DNA from: Eledone cirrhosa | Lineage: Eukaryota | DNA length: 64,000 nt | Assembly (NCBI GenBank): GCA_964016885.1 | Contig: OZ024740.1 | Location: 269,700,001-269,764,000 of the forward strand | Reading direction: 5' to 3' | Part shown: positions 28,055 to 41,849 of the stretch, one piece after another | How positions within the stretch are numbered: position 1 is the stretch's first letter | Layout of the letters: each line of letters starts with the position of its first letter | The notes under the pieces: generated by a model | Told to the model about the DNA's origin: nothing | Seen by the model: the letters and a program-made list of their open reading frames with translations, nothing else | Database searches by the model: none | Program-made: the position numbers and the translations under genes

Positions 28055-28894
28055 TTGCCACCCTAGACACGTTAAAATTAATATTCCCTACAACTTAGCC
28101 AAGAGAATCTGTACTATAGTCTCCAATAAAAACACCTGCTACTTACGGCTACAAGAACTAAAGGACACACTCATAGGCAGGGACTACCCTGCATCACTAA
28201 TTGACAATGGAATCCAACGTGCCCTAAAACTCAGTACCCAGGACCTTAGACACCCTAAAGTAAATCAACCGAAACTAAAAGCTCTTCCATACATCTCCAC
28301 ACACAACCATCTCAACAATGAGGCCTTTGACACTATCCTCCAGAACATCCCTGTGTTGAAAAAGGACCATAGAATGAACAAAATCCTACGAACACACGAT
28401 ATCATAAAGAGCAAAAGACAATCTAAGTCAATGAAAAACATCCTAACACATGCCAAAGTACTGCCAACCACAACAACGAAACCCACAGTAAAAAAATGCG
28501 ATAGACCCAACTGTGGCATATGCATCAACCTAATAGAGGGTTCGGAATTCTATTTCAAAGAAGGACAACGTTTTATAGTAAAACACAATTTCACATGCGC
28601 ATCAGAAAATCTAATATATGTATTAACTTGTTCAGGTTGTCGAGAACAATACATAGGCCAGACCAAAAAAGCCTCCGCCAACGCATGACTGTCCATAGAT
28701 CCCAAATTAAAATACGGGAATACAGGAAAATACCACTGAGTGAACACATTGATACCTGTGCCGCCCAAAATTATCCCAACTTCAGAATCTTTCCCCTCTA
28801 CAAATTTAAAGATAATGCCACCCACACCCAGCGCATCAGCAAGGAATCTTACTTTATTAACAAATACGGACCCCATCTAAACCCTTCTCGCTAA
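28055..28894 (+). pseudogene. Penelope-like element (Neptune-like) RT-thumb/linker + GIY-YIG endonuclease, 5'-truncated and frameshifted
   Basis: NIPYNLAKRICTI, KCDRPNCGIC Zn linker, FTCASENLIYVLTCSGCREQYIGQT, SLRQRMTVHRS, LSEH. Confidence 0.88.
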
Positions 28895-29105
28895 GACGAA
28901 CCCACAACATACACACGTCATCATACATACCTACATCAGCATACATCTCTACCCACATATAAACACAATGACATACATAAACACACATGTTCTATGGTGC
29001 AACACAAATATACACAAATCTGCATACCTTTTAATGTCTATAGATATAAACGTGCCGACACACACACATACATAAACGCACACATGTATTGCACACTGAT
29101 GGCTA

Positions 29106-29340
29106 CATACATATTTGTACACAAGTATTCCAATACGTCAAGGCCTAATGGATTCCCCTTGCAGTACGTACAATCTGGACACACTCCAGATACCTGTGTA
29201 CAATTTGTACACAAGTATACAATTTGTGCACAGGTATACAATTTCTGGACACACTCCAGATACATATTTGTGCGCAGGTATTCCAATACGGCAAGGCTTA
29301 ATGGATTCCCCTTGCAGTACGTACAATCTGGACACACTCA
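29106..29340. repeat. Direct repeat of an ~85-bp unit
   Basis: TATTCCAATACG.CAAGG..TAATGGATTCCCCTTGCAGTACGTACAATCTGGACACACTC present twice, with partial copies between. Confidence 0.85.
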
Positions 29341-29728
29341 CACATACCTTGGTATTATGCCAATACTATATATCATTTCACACCTTTTATTATTAAGGTT
29401 TTTGATGTTCTATTGAGAGAATCGATTTTACTGAAAATATCGAATAATGTACACCATTTCATCAGTATCACAAAAATAATTACTGGTCCACCCACACACA
29501 CACACATTCTCACACAGACACACGTGTATGCGCACACATGCACATATATACACACACACATACACACGCGTACATTAACATACAAAGAGATATATATACA
29601 CACACACACACAGACACACTTCTCCGTATAAGACAAGAGCTGAAAAATATCTTTTAACATGTTAAAATATCCCCCACACACTTACAGACACATTCCTACT
29701 GACCATCCCTCTACCACGAATTACTCTG

Positions 29729-29805
<77 letters not shown>

Positions 29806-30374
29806 TCTTAATAGGCATTTGAACTGTCAACAGGCTGCGGTTCGCACACACAACCCTGCTGACCATTATCACAACAACAAACCTCTTTACTACTACTACA
29901 CACACACATATTTGTTTTGAAAGACTTATTTTTCAGTGACTCCTCAATCAGCCGACACAAACCTACATTTGGCGCAAAATCAATATTTAACATTCACATG
30001 ACCTCTACCAACCAATCAAAATTGTTTTGACCAATCAAAAAAGAATTTTTGCAGCACGAATTGGCGCAAAACTTATTTTAATACATCTGGAGCCACCTTT
30101 TTAACATAAAACAGGTAGAATTTCCAAAACTAATCAGATTAGAGCAAACATCACGGGCGCTCAAAATTATTTTTTGAAAAGCATTAGAAATGTGCAACCG
30201 GTAGAACTTAAAACCGAAACTGAATACTAACTAATACTATTATTAATTCTCACTTATTCCTAATTAAACTATTTTTCACTGTGAACAATTTGTCAGCATT
30301 TTCTTTTCCGTTTACGAATATATATTTATATATGTATTTATGTATATATATGTATGTATTATTCTGTCTATGCA

Positions 30375-30418
<44 letters not shown>

Positions 30419-30484
30419 TGCATAGACAGACGCATACATACATACACACATATGAATACAGATACTCCACACTGAGTATACCTT

Positions 30485-30802
30485 TATATTTGTACCTGAG
30501 ATCATGGGGGATCTTGGTTACCTTATTAACTGCCTCTGTACAAATCTTGAGAAGCTGGGCTTCTCAGAACCAGAGAGAGTACGGCTAGTTAGAAGGTTGC
30601 AAGTAATTGAACGGCAAAGATATGTAAAAGATTTAGGAAATGCTGCATGTAATAACTGAATATATACATGTACAGACACAGATACGTATGCACATATACG
30701 CATATAATTCAAAACATGACGCATACAATAATATCCATACCTGCACAAACACACACACACTTACACACACATACACCCACCCACACACACATATATATAT
30801 AT

Positions 30803-30834
<32 letters not shown>

Positions 30835-30955
30835 TATATATATATATATATACAAATATACTTAGATGATATTGTCTAAATTTCAATGAAAGATTCTTAT
30901 GTTTATGTAAGAAACCGACTCTCTATTGGCGATAATTTACATACATACATACATA
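30485..30955 (+). mobile_element. 3' end of an RLE-type non-LTR element (third family) with (TACA)n tail
   Basis: Homologous to 30978-31370; encodes NLEKLGF; ends AGAAACCGACTCTCTATTGG + (TACA)n. Confidence 0.55.
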
Positions 30956-30977
30956 CTCCATCCTTTCTATATCTTCA

Positions 30978-31370
30978 GATTTATACCTGTGATTATTGGG
31001 GCACTGGGATATGCTAGTAATTGCCTCAGTATAAATCTTGAGAAGCTGGTATTCACAGAAACAGAATAAACATGATTAGTTAGGAAATTACATGTACAAT
31101 CCATTAACGGAACAGTAAAAATATGTAAAACATTCCAAAAATGCTGTATCTAATAACTGCATATACACTTGTACAGATACGAAGGATATACACATGCACA
31201 CATATAACTCAAATAATACATATCCACATATACAATAACATCTATACCTGCCCACACATGAATGCATGCGTACATGCATACATATCTACATAGTTGATGT
31301 GTAAATTCCAATGAGGGAGTCTTGTGTCTATGTTAGAAACCGACGTTCTCTCTATTGGTAAACATTTATA
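30978..31370 (+). mobile_element. 3' end of an RLE-type non-LTR element, second tandem copy
   Basis: Translates RFIPVIIGALGY...NLEKL...GTVKICKTF, resembling an RLE C-terminus (PxxxGALG). Confidence 0.6.
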
Positions 31371-31379
31371 AAATTATAA

Positions 31380-31750
31380 AACCAGGAGAACATCCATACA
31401 TGATGGCTGCAAACTCTGCTAACTCTGCTTACAATGCTGCAATTACTTGGCAGATTATAGACTTCGGTGAACTTTTAGGCTACGGCCAGGCACACAAACC
31501 TGTAACATATCTTGAACAAGCAATGCCTATGTTTTGCTGGTTTTCTAAGTGGGGAACAGTCTTACACTCAACCAATCCCACTCTCTGAGTATCGAAAAAA
31601 CTACCCGAAAAGGTGAATTGGTCAACATGATCGGATGCCTCCGAAGCCGCACGTTTTTTTTCTTCAGAGTTTCCCTCTCCTAGAAAGGTATTGTAACAAC
31701 AACTAGGGCCTTTCACTCCCAGGTGAAAAAAAAAAAGTACTATTTGGATG
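31380..31750 (-). mobile_element. Possible degenerate LINE (RTE-like) 5' region
   Basis: CTAGGAGAGGGAAACTCTGAA leader-like motif followed by a weak APE-start-like translation; very degraded. Confidence 0.25.
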
Positions 31751-32094
31751 GCTATTGACTCTGTTGTGAAAAGTTTGTACATGAATATTTGAGACGAAAA
31801 ACACAGAACATCGAGGTGATAAACTCTACTAAATGCCTGAAATGGAATTCCGACAAGTTCATAATATCTCACTTTGCAGGATGCCTCCATGCAATCTAGA
31901 AACAAGAAATTACCACGTCTGCACTAAAGAGGCATAGGTAAAAGACGTCAAGTGTAGGGAGAAAAGTGGAAAAAGGAACTCTTTTGGAATATTCTTCTTG
32001 TAATATAGCTGTGGTTACCTTTAATAATTCCCTCTTTTCTGGATCATTTTCCCGCGGCGATTTATCTACTCTTCCTCCACCTCGTCTTCCTCCT

Positions 32095-32095
32095 T

Positions 32096-32147
<52 letters not shown>

Positions 32148-32203
32148 TCCTACTACTGCTGCTGCTGCTGCTGCTGCTACTGCTGCCTCTGCTGCTGTTG
32201 CTT

Positions 32204-32244
<41 letters not shown>

Positions 32245-32260
32245 GCTACTACTACTACTA
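32095..32260. repeat. (CTA)n/(CTG)n compound microsatellite
   Basis: Directly visible. Confidence 0.9.
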
Positions 32261-32621
32261 TGAACGTTGAAATGCTGTATTGAAATTCAGTTTTATTCTA
32301 TTACATTCTGCGTTCATAAGTAACTGGTGTTGACATAGGTTTTCATTTGTCTCGGTGCCAAATATTGTCGGTATTCGATCCAATCACATATATTGCTTTA
32401 AGCCAACACAACGGGACATTTTCGTGGATGTTTACATTATTCTTATTGTTTTCGTTCTTGATGTCGTCTTTGCTTTGTTGTTGGTGTGTACGATATGGGA
32501 AACACATAAACATTTAGGCGTGTAGATCACAAAAAGAACTATTATCACAGCACACCACTTAATATACAGCACTTAAGATACACATACTCTCACAGACACA
32601 GACAGAGACACACATACATAT

Positions 32622-32706
<85 letters not shown>

Positions 32707-32730
32707 CACACACGACACACACACAAACAA

Positions 32731-32783
<53 letters not shown>

Positions 32784-34999
32784 CAACCACACATATATTC
32801 ATGGCAAGCTTTAAAGTCTAGAAACTTTTTTATAGGACAGTAAACACAACGAGGTAATAGAATCTGTGAAACCATTGCGAGGATCATTCGTTACAACATG
32901 AAAGATTTGGGTAAAAGCTGTATGTTCGGAACTTGCTAGTAATGTAAAAATATTACATACAATGTAGCCACTGTGAATTGTCATCTAAACATCAAACTTC
33001 TTGTTGCGACTTCTATGAAACGCACAGGTGTAAAATGAAAAGAAGGTTTATACTTGCTGAGTGAAATATGGGTGTGACCAGACCTGTAACTTTCCCTGTA
33101 CGAAGCAAAGTTCTCTCACCCACTTTGGAGTGGGTGAGAGATGTCTTCTCTTGTGAAAATGAGTATAACTTTCATTATGTAAAATCTCCCTATTTTGCTT
33201 CCCCGTTTTGGGGCACATTTTTTCATGGTACTTGGTGCCTAGTGTGCCTTGTGTAAAACTCCATGTTTCAAGGGGTTCAGAAGTTTAAAGAAACTTCTAC
33301 TACTAATAAGATTCGTTGAGAAAAATATCTAGAGAACAATTGAGAACAATTTGTGAATTATAGCTTAGCGTTTAAAGATTATCACCGCAACTAAAACATA
33401 ATCTATACTACTCTCCTTTATAGAGTGAATAGACAACAGAATAGAAAGTAAACATATTCTGTTTATTTCGATGGATCAACAATCATGCTCATAGAAATAC
33501 TTCAGTAACTCGTGTAATACTAATACAATCATGATGAAATTAATAAAATTCTAATGAAGTTTGATATATTTACTGCTTTGAAGTTAGTTGATGATGAAAC
33601 ATAGATTCTGGAGGTAAAGGTTATTGATTCCATGGACATTTTCGATAATTAACCCTTTAGTATGATCTCAGGATTAATTAAAACATAATATTTGAATGTT
33701 AATAATATTGGGAATTTTCTAATCCAAATATTTCAATCAAACATTACGAGACTATATCTTGGAGTGTCAATGCATTTAAGCATAATTTCCTCATGAATAA
33801 TATTAAAGTTTCCAATTTCATTATTGTATATTGTCTAATCAAGAAATACTCAAATATATTTCAAGGATAAAATTACATAAAATTAACAAAGAAATATATA
33901 GAAAAATAGAGTAGCATTGGGAATGACTATACGAATATAAATGAGAGGAAAGGGGCGGAAAGGTCAAGGATTATTAAGCAAGGAAAGACAGAAAGGAGAA
34001 CCCGGAGAGCCATATGCATTTCAAATCATCGCTATCAGCATCATCAGCGGCTGGGATAAGACTATAGTATGTCTGGAGTTTGTGTCATAGCTACTAAAAA
34101 CCAATCGTATATACCAATCCAATTTCTGTCAATTTAAATTTCGGAGATGCTTTAGAAGCACCTTTTCAGAAAAAATCAAAACAAAACAAAAAAACGCTAA
34201 TGTCTTTTCTTCTCATTACATATATAATTTCACTTGTGAAACATTAATATCAGGTATATAGTAGTCCGCAGGAAACAATAAGTTCTGTCTGCAGAAAGAA
34301 CTCTTGGGAGAACATTTTCCAATATTATTATTTTATATAGATACTGATTTATTTATGAAACAAAGAAATTTAATAATAAAAGAAAATTTAGAACAAATGC
34401 TACTAAACGATATACTTGTCCCTGGAATTAGGAATCTAGCTATAGGCACAAAAGTAGTCTCTGTATGTTTAAAGAAAAATGGCATTCTTTGCAAATGTTT
34501 AATTCAAAAGATAATTCTGAACCGTATGAATGAATGGCGGCAATATCTAATGAAACATGCAATGTCTTTCAATGTAGTCAACGGTAGACACTAAATCATA
34601 TTTACTCATAAAGTCAGACAAATCACTATATTTAGAACAACAAATCTTAGAGATAATAAGTAAAAATATCCTATTGAGATTTATTTCCTTATGAAAACGA
34701 TTTATCGGCTGACACGCATATACGCATCCATAATCTTTCTTTAACAAAACAGTTTTTAATTATGAAAATCTTAAAAATATAATTGTTCACTGTGTACTGC
34801 GGCAATGATTACACTTGTTATCAAGATACAAACATTAGATAAAAGAAGTCTGGTGTATACAATACATTTCATATAGTTACATATTTATTGTAACAATTAC
34901 TCTAACAAATGGAATGCTAATTATAAATAGTTTGTCTAGAAGCAAAGTTTGAGATGATATAATGCAACATGGCTATCATATACTTGTTATGTTACTGCA

Positions 35000-35210
35000 G
35001 TGGATTGGCAGTATCGCTAGAGCGTCGGACAAAATTAATTGCGGTATAGATTTACGCCGAGGTTAGTTATGCCTTTTAACATAGGGGTGGGGGATGATGG
35101 ATAAAATAAAGTACCAGTAATGCACTGGATTCGATTTAATCGACTCCAACCCTCCATAAGAAAAAAACAAATCATTGTTGGCCTTGTGCCTAAATTAGAA
35201 ACCATTATGT
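35000..35210 (+). mobile_element. SINE S1, diverged
   Basis: GTGGATTGGCAGTATCG head; GATAAAATAAAGTACCAGTAATGCACTGG; GGCCTTGTGCCTAAA tail. Confidence 0.75.
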
Positions 35211-36340
35211 TATTAGTTTCATTTACTGAAGTGGAATCATGTTCGGACATTGTTTGGGCGATTTTTAAGGAACGATTATTTTTCTAGTACCTATTTTATT
35301 GATTGTACACAGAATCGAAGGAATACAAAAGAACATGACTAGATCGGAACTAAATACGACAATGTATATTTTATTCGACGTAGCGGTGATGGTTACTCCT
35401 CGAACATAAGATGAAAGAAATGGTAGTAAAATTTAAGGAGCTAGTCCATCACAAAATTTGGTGCTCTACCTATTTGTATTATATAAATAAATCAATATAG
35501 AATTATTTGGACTTTCTTTGTAGTAACTTCAAATTTTGCCTGGGTCGACCTTGCCCTTCAGATTTCAGAATCCGATAAAATAGCTGTCAGGTGTATACTA
35601 GTAATGATTCAATCAATTCAATTGAATTGAGTATACTTACTATATATGTTTTATCAAACTAATAGCGTTATTCTATCGTGTTCAATATAAGAAAAGTAAT
35701 TATTTGAATTACTTGCATCACGCATCAATTTCGTGTTCAATATACAGTAAGATTAAATCTCTGTTTTTTCTTATGAAGTCTACAAGTTCTCCATTTTATG
35801 CTTATATTTTACAGATTTCCTTCGTGCATGTTCGCCAAAATATTCCATTATAATGCATATCAAATTCCACGGAGAATCCACCGTAAAAAATAACGAAAAT
35901 GCTAAATTTGTTGTATCTATGGATGAAAATCAATTTTGAAGGGGTTTAATGTTTCTTTTCATGAACAACACTAACACATAACGCCAGTATTGATCTTTAC
36001 TTTCTCTATCCCGTTCATATAGAAAAAAAGCTAATTAGGCTGAGCTCTTCTTAACAACTAAATTTATATTTTCTAGCTTGATAAATGAGGTAAATAGAGT
36101 TACAAGACTCAAACTAATATAAAACACAATAGAACACAAAATCAAAACATTTTGAGTGAAATCTTCACAACAAGAATGCAATTTCTTGCCAACTAATATA
36201 CAATCATGCACGTAGATACACAATCACACACAAACGCATATAGATATATATATACAAGCACGCACACATATATATATATATGTATATTTATGAATATAAA
36301 TATAAATATATATACGCCCCCCCCCACCCCACACACACAC

Positions 36341-36455
36341 ACGGAGCTCAGCCGTCAGGGTCCTGACTCTTTTCCTATTATCCACTCTACTACACTAAAT
36401 ATCGATTACTCTGGTGTGTTATGGTTTACCTGATATCTTACCACACCTTTTTGTT
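36341..36455 (+). repeat. Microsatellite-embedded hairpin family X, copy
   Basis: GAGCTCAGCCGTCAGGGTCCTGACTCTTTTCCTATT...CTTACCACACC; other copies at ~36880, 39575, 40025 and 52505. Confidence 0.75.
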
Positions 36456-36792
36456 ATATATATATTTAATTAATTCCAGTATATGTTGGTTAGTTATCGT
36501 CACATCAGTATGCGGGGTAGAGCACACAACGAAGTGCGCAGCTGGGTCTGTTTACTCGACAGTATTTTAAAAATTTTAAAAATTGTTTATTCATATTCAC
36601 TATTATATATATTTCGGTGGTAACCATTATGCAACAATTATGACCTCATCAAACAGCTAGAATTTAAACAGAAAAAAAACAGAAAAAACATAACGGGGGA
36701 ATAAAGTTTACTTCTGTTATTTCGAATTTCTTTTATATATATACAGAGAGAGAGAGGGAGAGAGAGAGAGAGAGAGGGAGAGAGAGAGAGAC

Positions 36793-36833
<41 letters not shown>

Positions 36834-37679
36834 TATATATATACATAGATCAGGAAGATACCAGTTTTAAACAGTAAGATCATTATACAGCAGAGTACTC
36901 GATACTTAGGAAGTAGGGTGTAAATATAGTAGCGCGTCAGTCTGGAATTTGCAATCGAAACGGCAAGAGCTTAGCCGTCGAGCACTGACTCTCTACTATA
37001 AAGATATCCATAGTTAGATGAAGGCAAATGCGTTATAATATTATCCACTTTAGAAAGTTTTGTTTCGTCATATTTCCTCGTAAGTTCTTTAATCTTGGTT
37101 TGTAACGTTTCTCGATGTAACGCATCTGAACATTTACAGATTTATTCGCTATATAAATAGCTTGTTGTAGCGTGTGTCACTGTAATTTTTTAGTTGTAAA
37201 ACATTCAGATTCTCCAACCTATGCTATGCCCTATATAATAAATCTACAGAATAAGACCAACAGATATACAAAAAAGCTAATAGAATAAACCATAGAACAA
37301 AAAAGACTAATTCAACGCACTTTATACATCGACCACTACATTTATTAAGACAGAAACAGGAATACATTGTATTATATGAATCAAATACATATTAGCCACA
37401 AAATATTTGATCAGTTTATAAAAGTCCCATGAAACAATTCAATAAATGTATTGAACCCAATCATAAAGTAACACGGATTTTTACTAAAAAATTACTAAAT
37501 TAACAACAAATCCATTAATCCATTAATTACATACACGTGCAGGAAGGTCTGGGAAATTAGCGATGTAATTTACTGATTTAATTGCAACGGGAAAGTTGTA
37601 AATTTCATGTGTCTCTCACACATTTTATAGCATTTGCAATAGACTAAATAGCATAGCAAAACCAAAATTGATAGTATAC

Positions 37680-37850
37680 AGTGGGGCGGCCAGCACGTGC
37701 GACCCCATTTGCTCACCATACAGAGAAATGAGGAGGGCGAGAGAGATGGGGTGGTGACGGTGGGAGTTCGGCTCTTCCGTGTTCGGACTAATTGCACCTG
37801 TCAAGAGTGTATTTTCATACTTGTGACGAACACTGTGAATTCCTATTTAT
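37680..37850. repeat. Unclassified GC-rich repeat, copy 2
   Basis: Homologous to ~520-640 and ~56465-56570. Confidence 0.7.
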
Positions 37851-38908
37851 GCATATGTAAGTTGGAGTTGGTATTTCTGCCTAACAAAATTTAACTCCGA
37901 TGTGTCAACGGTAAAATGATATTTACTAAATGTTGGTATAGCGAGATAATTAAAGAAGTTATACAACACATTCAAATTATATAAATTCCATACAAATATA
38001 AATTAATGACAGAAGAGAGATAAACCTTTTTATACCAACTCGCTTGAAACATCCCCTAGTTCTATGATATATACTTCCTATTTAAATGAATACATATCTA
38101 CATTAACATTTGTTTAATTGTACTCCAAAGAGCCTTTTGATAAGGAAATTTTAGTTATTATTTTCATAATACTTGCAAATCTTTAAGTATTTTAGAATTA
38201 GATATTATACTTAGTGTATTTCATAAGAAATATTGTCATTAAAAGGCTCATAAAAAAATACAATTCTACAAGAATTACACCAAAATCTTTCACTAGCCAC
38301 AAACAAAAGTAGCTCCCTAATAGTCGAAAGAAAACGGTCGATAATCAGAAAATCGAACCCGATGGTAATAATAGAATTAATTTAGAAAAACACTAATCAT
38401 ATACTGTCTCGTCTACGATGGCAATAATATACACTAGCATCAACAATTTCATCTAAAAGATAAGCCACCGAAGGTCTAAAACAGTAAACCTATATGGTTA
38501 TAACCTTGGGACTTACTGTTCAACATAAACGGCAAAGAAAATATGTGTAAAACCAAACTAAATTATAGTACTAAACTACAACATATTGCGATTTCAATGT
38601 ACACACAAATATATATATATATATTTTATTATAATTTATTTTGTTTTGGCCTGTTAAAGCTTGATTTGCTTTTTGGCTTTGGTGGTTGATGCTTTCTTGA
38701 CCACTTTTTCAGTTTTGTTTGGCGTTTTAACATATTGTTTAGCTCTGTTTTTTTTTAACTATGGAGCGCTTGCCAGCATATTTCTGAATTTTTGCGTTTC
38801 GTTTCGGTTTTTCTATCCGCCGAAATGCGATTCCCGGTGAATTTATATATATATAGAGAAAGCATCAACCAACTAAGCCAAAGCATGTATATATATATAT
38901 CGCTTCAA

Positions 38909-38952
<44 letters not shown>

Positions 38953-39028
38953 TATATATATATATATACAGTATAAACACATATATATATACTTTAAACA
39001 CAGAGCTGGCATATCTAAGAACTGACTA

Positions 39029-39084
39029 ACTGCCTGATGAGGTCATAGCCATTCAATGGCTATCATCGAAATATATATAGCAGT
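39029..39084 (+). ncRNA. Type I hammerhead ribozyme
   Basis: ACTGC-CTGATGA-stem II containing ATAGCCATT/AATGGCTAT-GAAA-TATATA-TA-GCAGT, then AATAAA. Confidence 0.8.
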
Positions 39085-39125
39085 AAATAAAGGATTATGA
39101 GTTCATACAATTGACTTATGTTTCC

Positions 39126-39201
<76 letters not shown>

Positions 39202-39206
<5 letters not shown>

Positions 39207-39540
39207 TTGAAGCGAAATCCTATTTCTATTCTATTATAAGTTGAGCCAACTTATGCAGCTTCATATGCAAATCAGTTTAATCACCTCATTTACACAGGCA
39301 AGAAAACTATATATTCTCGACTGTTTTCAAGTCCAGCAGTTGCGAGCGGTGGGAGGGACCGTCCTGACGAAGGCCAGTTAAAATTGAAATGCATAGACGA
39401 TTGTCCCCTTTGCTTCTGCTAGACACCACCAGAGGGCGTTAGTCCCGGTGTTTGCATATCTACGTCTTCTTAAAACCGTATTTCTTTAGAAATGCGAAAT
39501 TGCTATACATATTTGTATAACGCTATGCTTGAAGCGAAAT

Positions 39541-39545
<5 letters not shown>
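39202..39545 (+). mobile_element. 322-bp hammerhead-containing unit with 22-bp terminal direct repeats (retrozyme/pLTR-like)
   Basis: TATGCTTGAAGCGAAATCCTAT at 39202 and 39524; embedded in (TA)n. Confidence 0.6.
39355..39407 (+). ncRNA. Type I hammerhead ribozyme (weak stem II)
   Basis: GGGAC-CGTC-CTGACGA-...-GAAA-TGCA-TA-GACG-ATT-GTCCC. Confidence 0.65.
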
Positions 39546-39575
<30 letters not shown>

Positions 39576-39639
39576 CTGTCGAAACGACCGGAGCTCAGCC
39601 GCCGGGGTCCCGACTCTTTTGCTATATATATATATATAT

Positions 39640-39915
39640 CAAGGCACTCCTTTGGTCACGACGATCAATGTTCCAGTTGATCCGATCAATGGAACGACCT
39701 GCTCGTGAAATTAACGTGCAAGTGGCTGAGAATTCCACAGATATGAATACCCTTTTACGTAGTTCTCAGAGAGATTCTGTGTAATACAGTATGTGACAAA
39801 GCTGGTCTTTCGAACTAGAGGTACAACGTGAAATAAAGTGTCTTGCTCAAGGACACAACGCGCCGCCAGGAATCGAACTCAGGACATTACGATTGTGGGC
39901 TGAATACCCTAAGAA
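39640..39915 (-). mobile_element. Second tRNA-derived SINE family (S2)
   Basis: Minus strand has the GAGTTCGATTCC B-box followed by a CORE-like block TGTGTCCTTGAGCAAGACACTT. Confidence 0.7.
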
Positions 39916-39974
39916 CAAAGCGATATGTTTATATATATAGAATCGAAAGAATTGATGAAAGAGAAGCAATCCGT

Positions 39975-40024
<50 letters not shown>

Positions 40025-40029
<5 letters not shown>

Positions 40030-40223
40030 CGGAGGAGGTGTAGTAAGGAACCAGATGGACCATAACGCACGAGAGTACTCAATACTTAGGGTAGTAGAGT
40101 GGGTAATAGGAAAATGTTTAACCTCGACGGAAAAGCTCAAGCCGTTTCGACGGCTATTTATGAACTAGTCCAGAAATAGCCATCGGAACGGCTTGAGCTC
40201 TGCCGTCGGGGTTAAACATTTTC

Positions 40224-40225
<2 letters not shown>
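40025..40225. repeat. Hairpin family X, palindromic copy
   Basis: 40109-40160 is an imperfect reverse complement of 40175-40224; flanked by (TA)n. Confidence 0.75.
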
Positions 40226-40276
<51 letters not shown>

Positions 40277-40278
40277 TA

Positions 40279-40333
<55 letters not shown>

Positions 40334-41274
40334 GCGTGTGTATGTGTAAACAACAAATATTTCACAAAGAAAAATATGTTAAATTTCGCCAATAAATAGT
40401 TTGCTGCAATTTGTTACCAATAAAACGTTTCTAGACAAATTACTGATTCAAGACACTTATAGACTGGGACTTATATTTGTAAAATGCTAAAATATATATT
40501 ATAAAACATTAATATCTGGTTGTATTGAACCTATTTACAGGTTTTAAAAAATCTCTTTTGCATGAATGTAATTTCCCCCAATTTTCTTTATAAAATAAAT
40601 ATAGACGATCTATAAGAATAGTCTTATAAAAACCTAAGTAGATTTACATAATTCTAAATATATGGAAAACATTAATTTATTATGGGAAAACAAATATATT
40701 TTAGATATCACATAGTTACGAGAATACTGAAATTATATACTTCATCGAAAATCATCATGGAAACTTTTAAATGCCTTGGAATAAGATCTATTTATTCTCT
40801 CCATCTCCTTTAAATCACGTATTACACATTATATTAACATTTACGCAACTCTATTCCAATTAACCTCTACATCTGAATATAATGACATACGTTGCTGTTG
40901 CTGTGCAAGCAAGATGAGATCGCGCTCAGCAGACCTAGAACATTTGGTCAGTAAAAAGTGTAGGAGCAATCAACAGAGCACTATATATATTGCACTCCTA
41001 TTTAGCTGAATATCACAGTGCATGTTCACTATTGGTCTAAATAGAGTCGATCAGATTGCAACATTTCTTGTTTCTCTGCACATATCTCGGGTTTTCGAGA
41101 ACAAAAAGGTTATTGATTTTGTTGCTATTTTGTTTGTGCATGTACAACTGTATTTGATGTAAGTAACTTGTAGTTCTCTACAAATTTGATTATAAACGTA
41201 GGAGGTGTAATTTGCAGAATGCTAGCTGTTACACGTTTGTATACACGTTTGTATACACGTTTGTATACTTTATA

Positions 41275-41395
41275 GTCTGAGTTCAATTCCTGCCCAGGTC
41301 AACTCTGCCTTTCATCCTTACGGGATCGATAAAATAAAGTACCAGTAATGCACTGGGTAATTGCTGGTCTTGTGCCAAATGTAGAAACAATTATT
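41275..41395 (+). mobile_element. SINE S1, 5'-truncated
   Basis: B-box, core and tail. Confidence 0.8.
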
Positions 41396-41726
41396 TTATA
41401 CTGTCTTTGGGGTAATGTTTTGATTCTATTTGTTGATCTTTAACGTTGTTTGAGGCTCAATTTCTAATCTGATTAGGAGTAATTGTGCAAGCACATCGCA
41501 GACGACAAAGTCATCTGTACTGTGATCATTTACTATTGTTTTATAACAGAGCTGCTAATTAATTGTGTATTGTCTATACTGCTTGTGAAAACCTCTATAT
41601 CTCTATTTACTATTTCTCTAATGACAAAAACACAAAATCACAACAAATTATTTTTCTAGTTCTTTTGCATTAGCCCGAAGGGATCTATTCTGTAATAGTG
41701 GCTTTGAAACTGTACTAAATTAAGTT

Positions 41727-41849
41727 TTGATTTGAATTGTGATTTTCAATAGTAACCATTCCGTTGTTATTTTCCCGTTGCCAAAATTGAATTTGAATTG
41801 TGATATTCAATAGAAACCATTTCGTTATTATTTTCCCGTTGCCAAAATT
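41727..41849. repeat. Tandem duplication of ~61 bp
   Basis: TTTGAATTGTGAT.TTCAATAG.AACCATT.CGTT.TTATTTTCCCGTTGCCAAAATT present twice. Confidence 0.85.

Noticed and set aside
29106-29340. CRISPR-like repeat-spacer pattern
   Set aside because: Only two long units with partial self-copies between, no unique spacers, no cas genes, eukaryotic context
32900-35000. Possible host exons in unique AT-rich DNA (e.g. ORF 34304-34594)
   Set aside because: No recognisable protein motif or consistent exon chain; small exons cannot be excluded without RNA-seq
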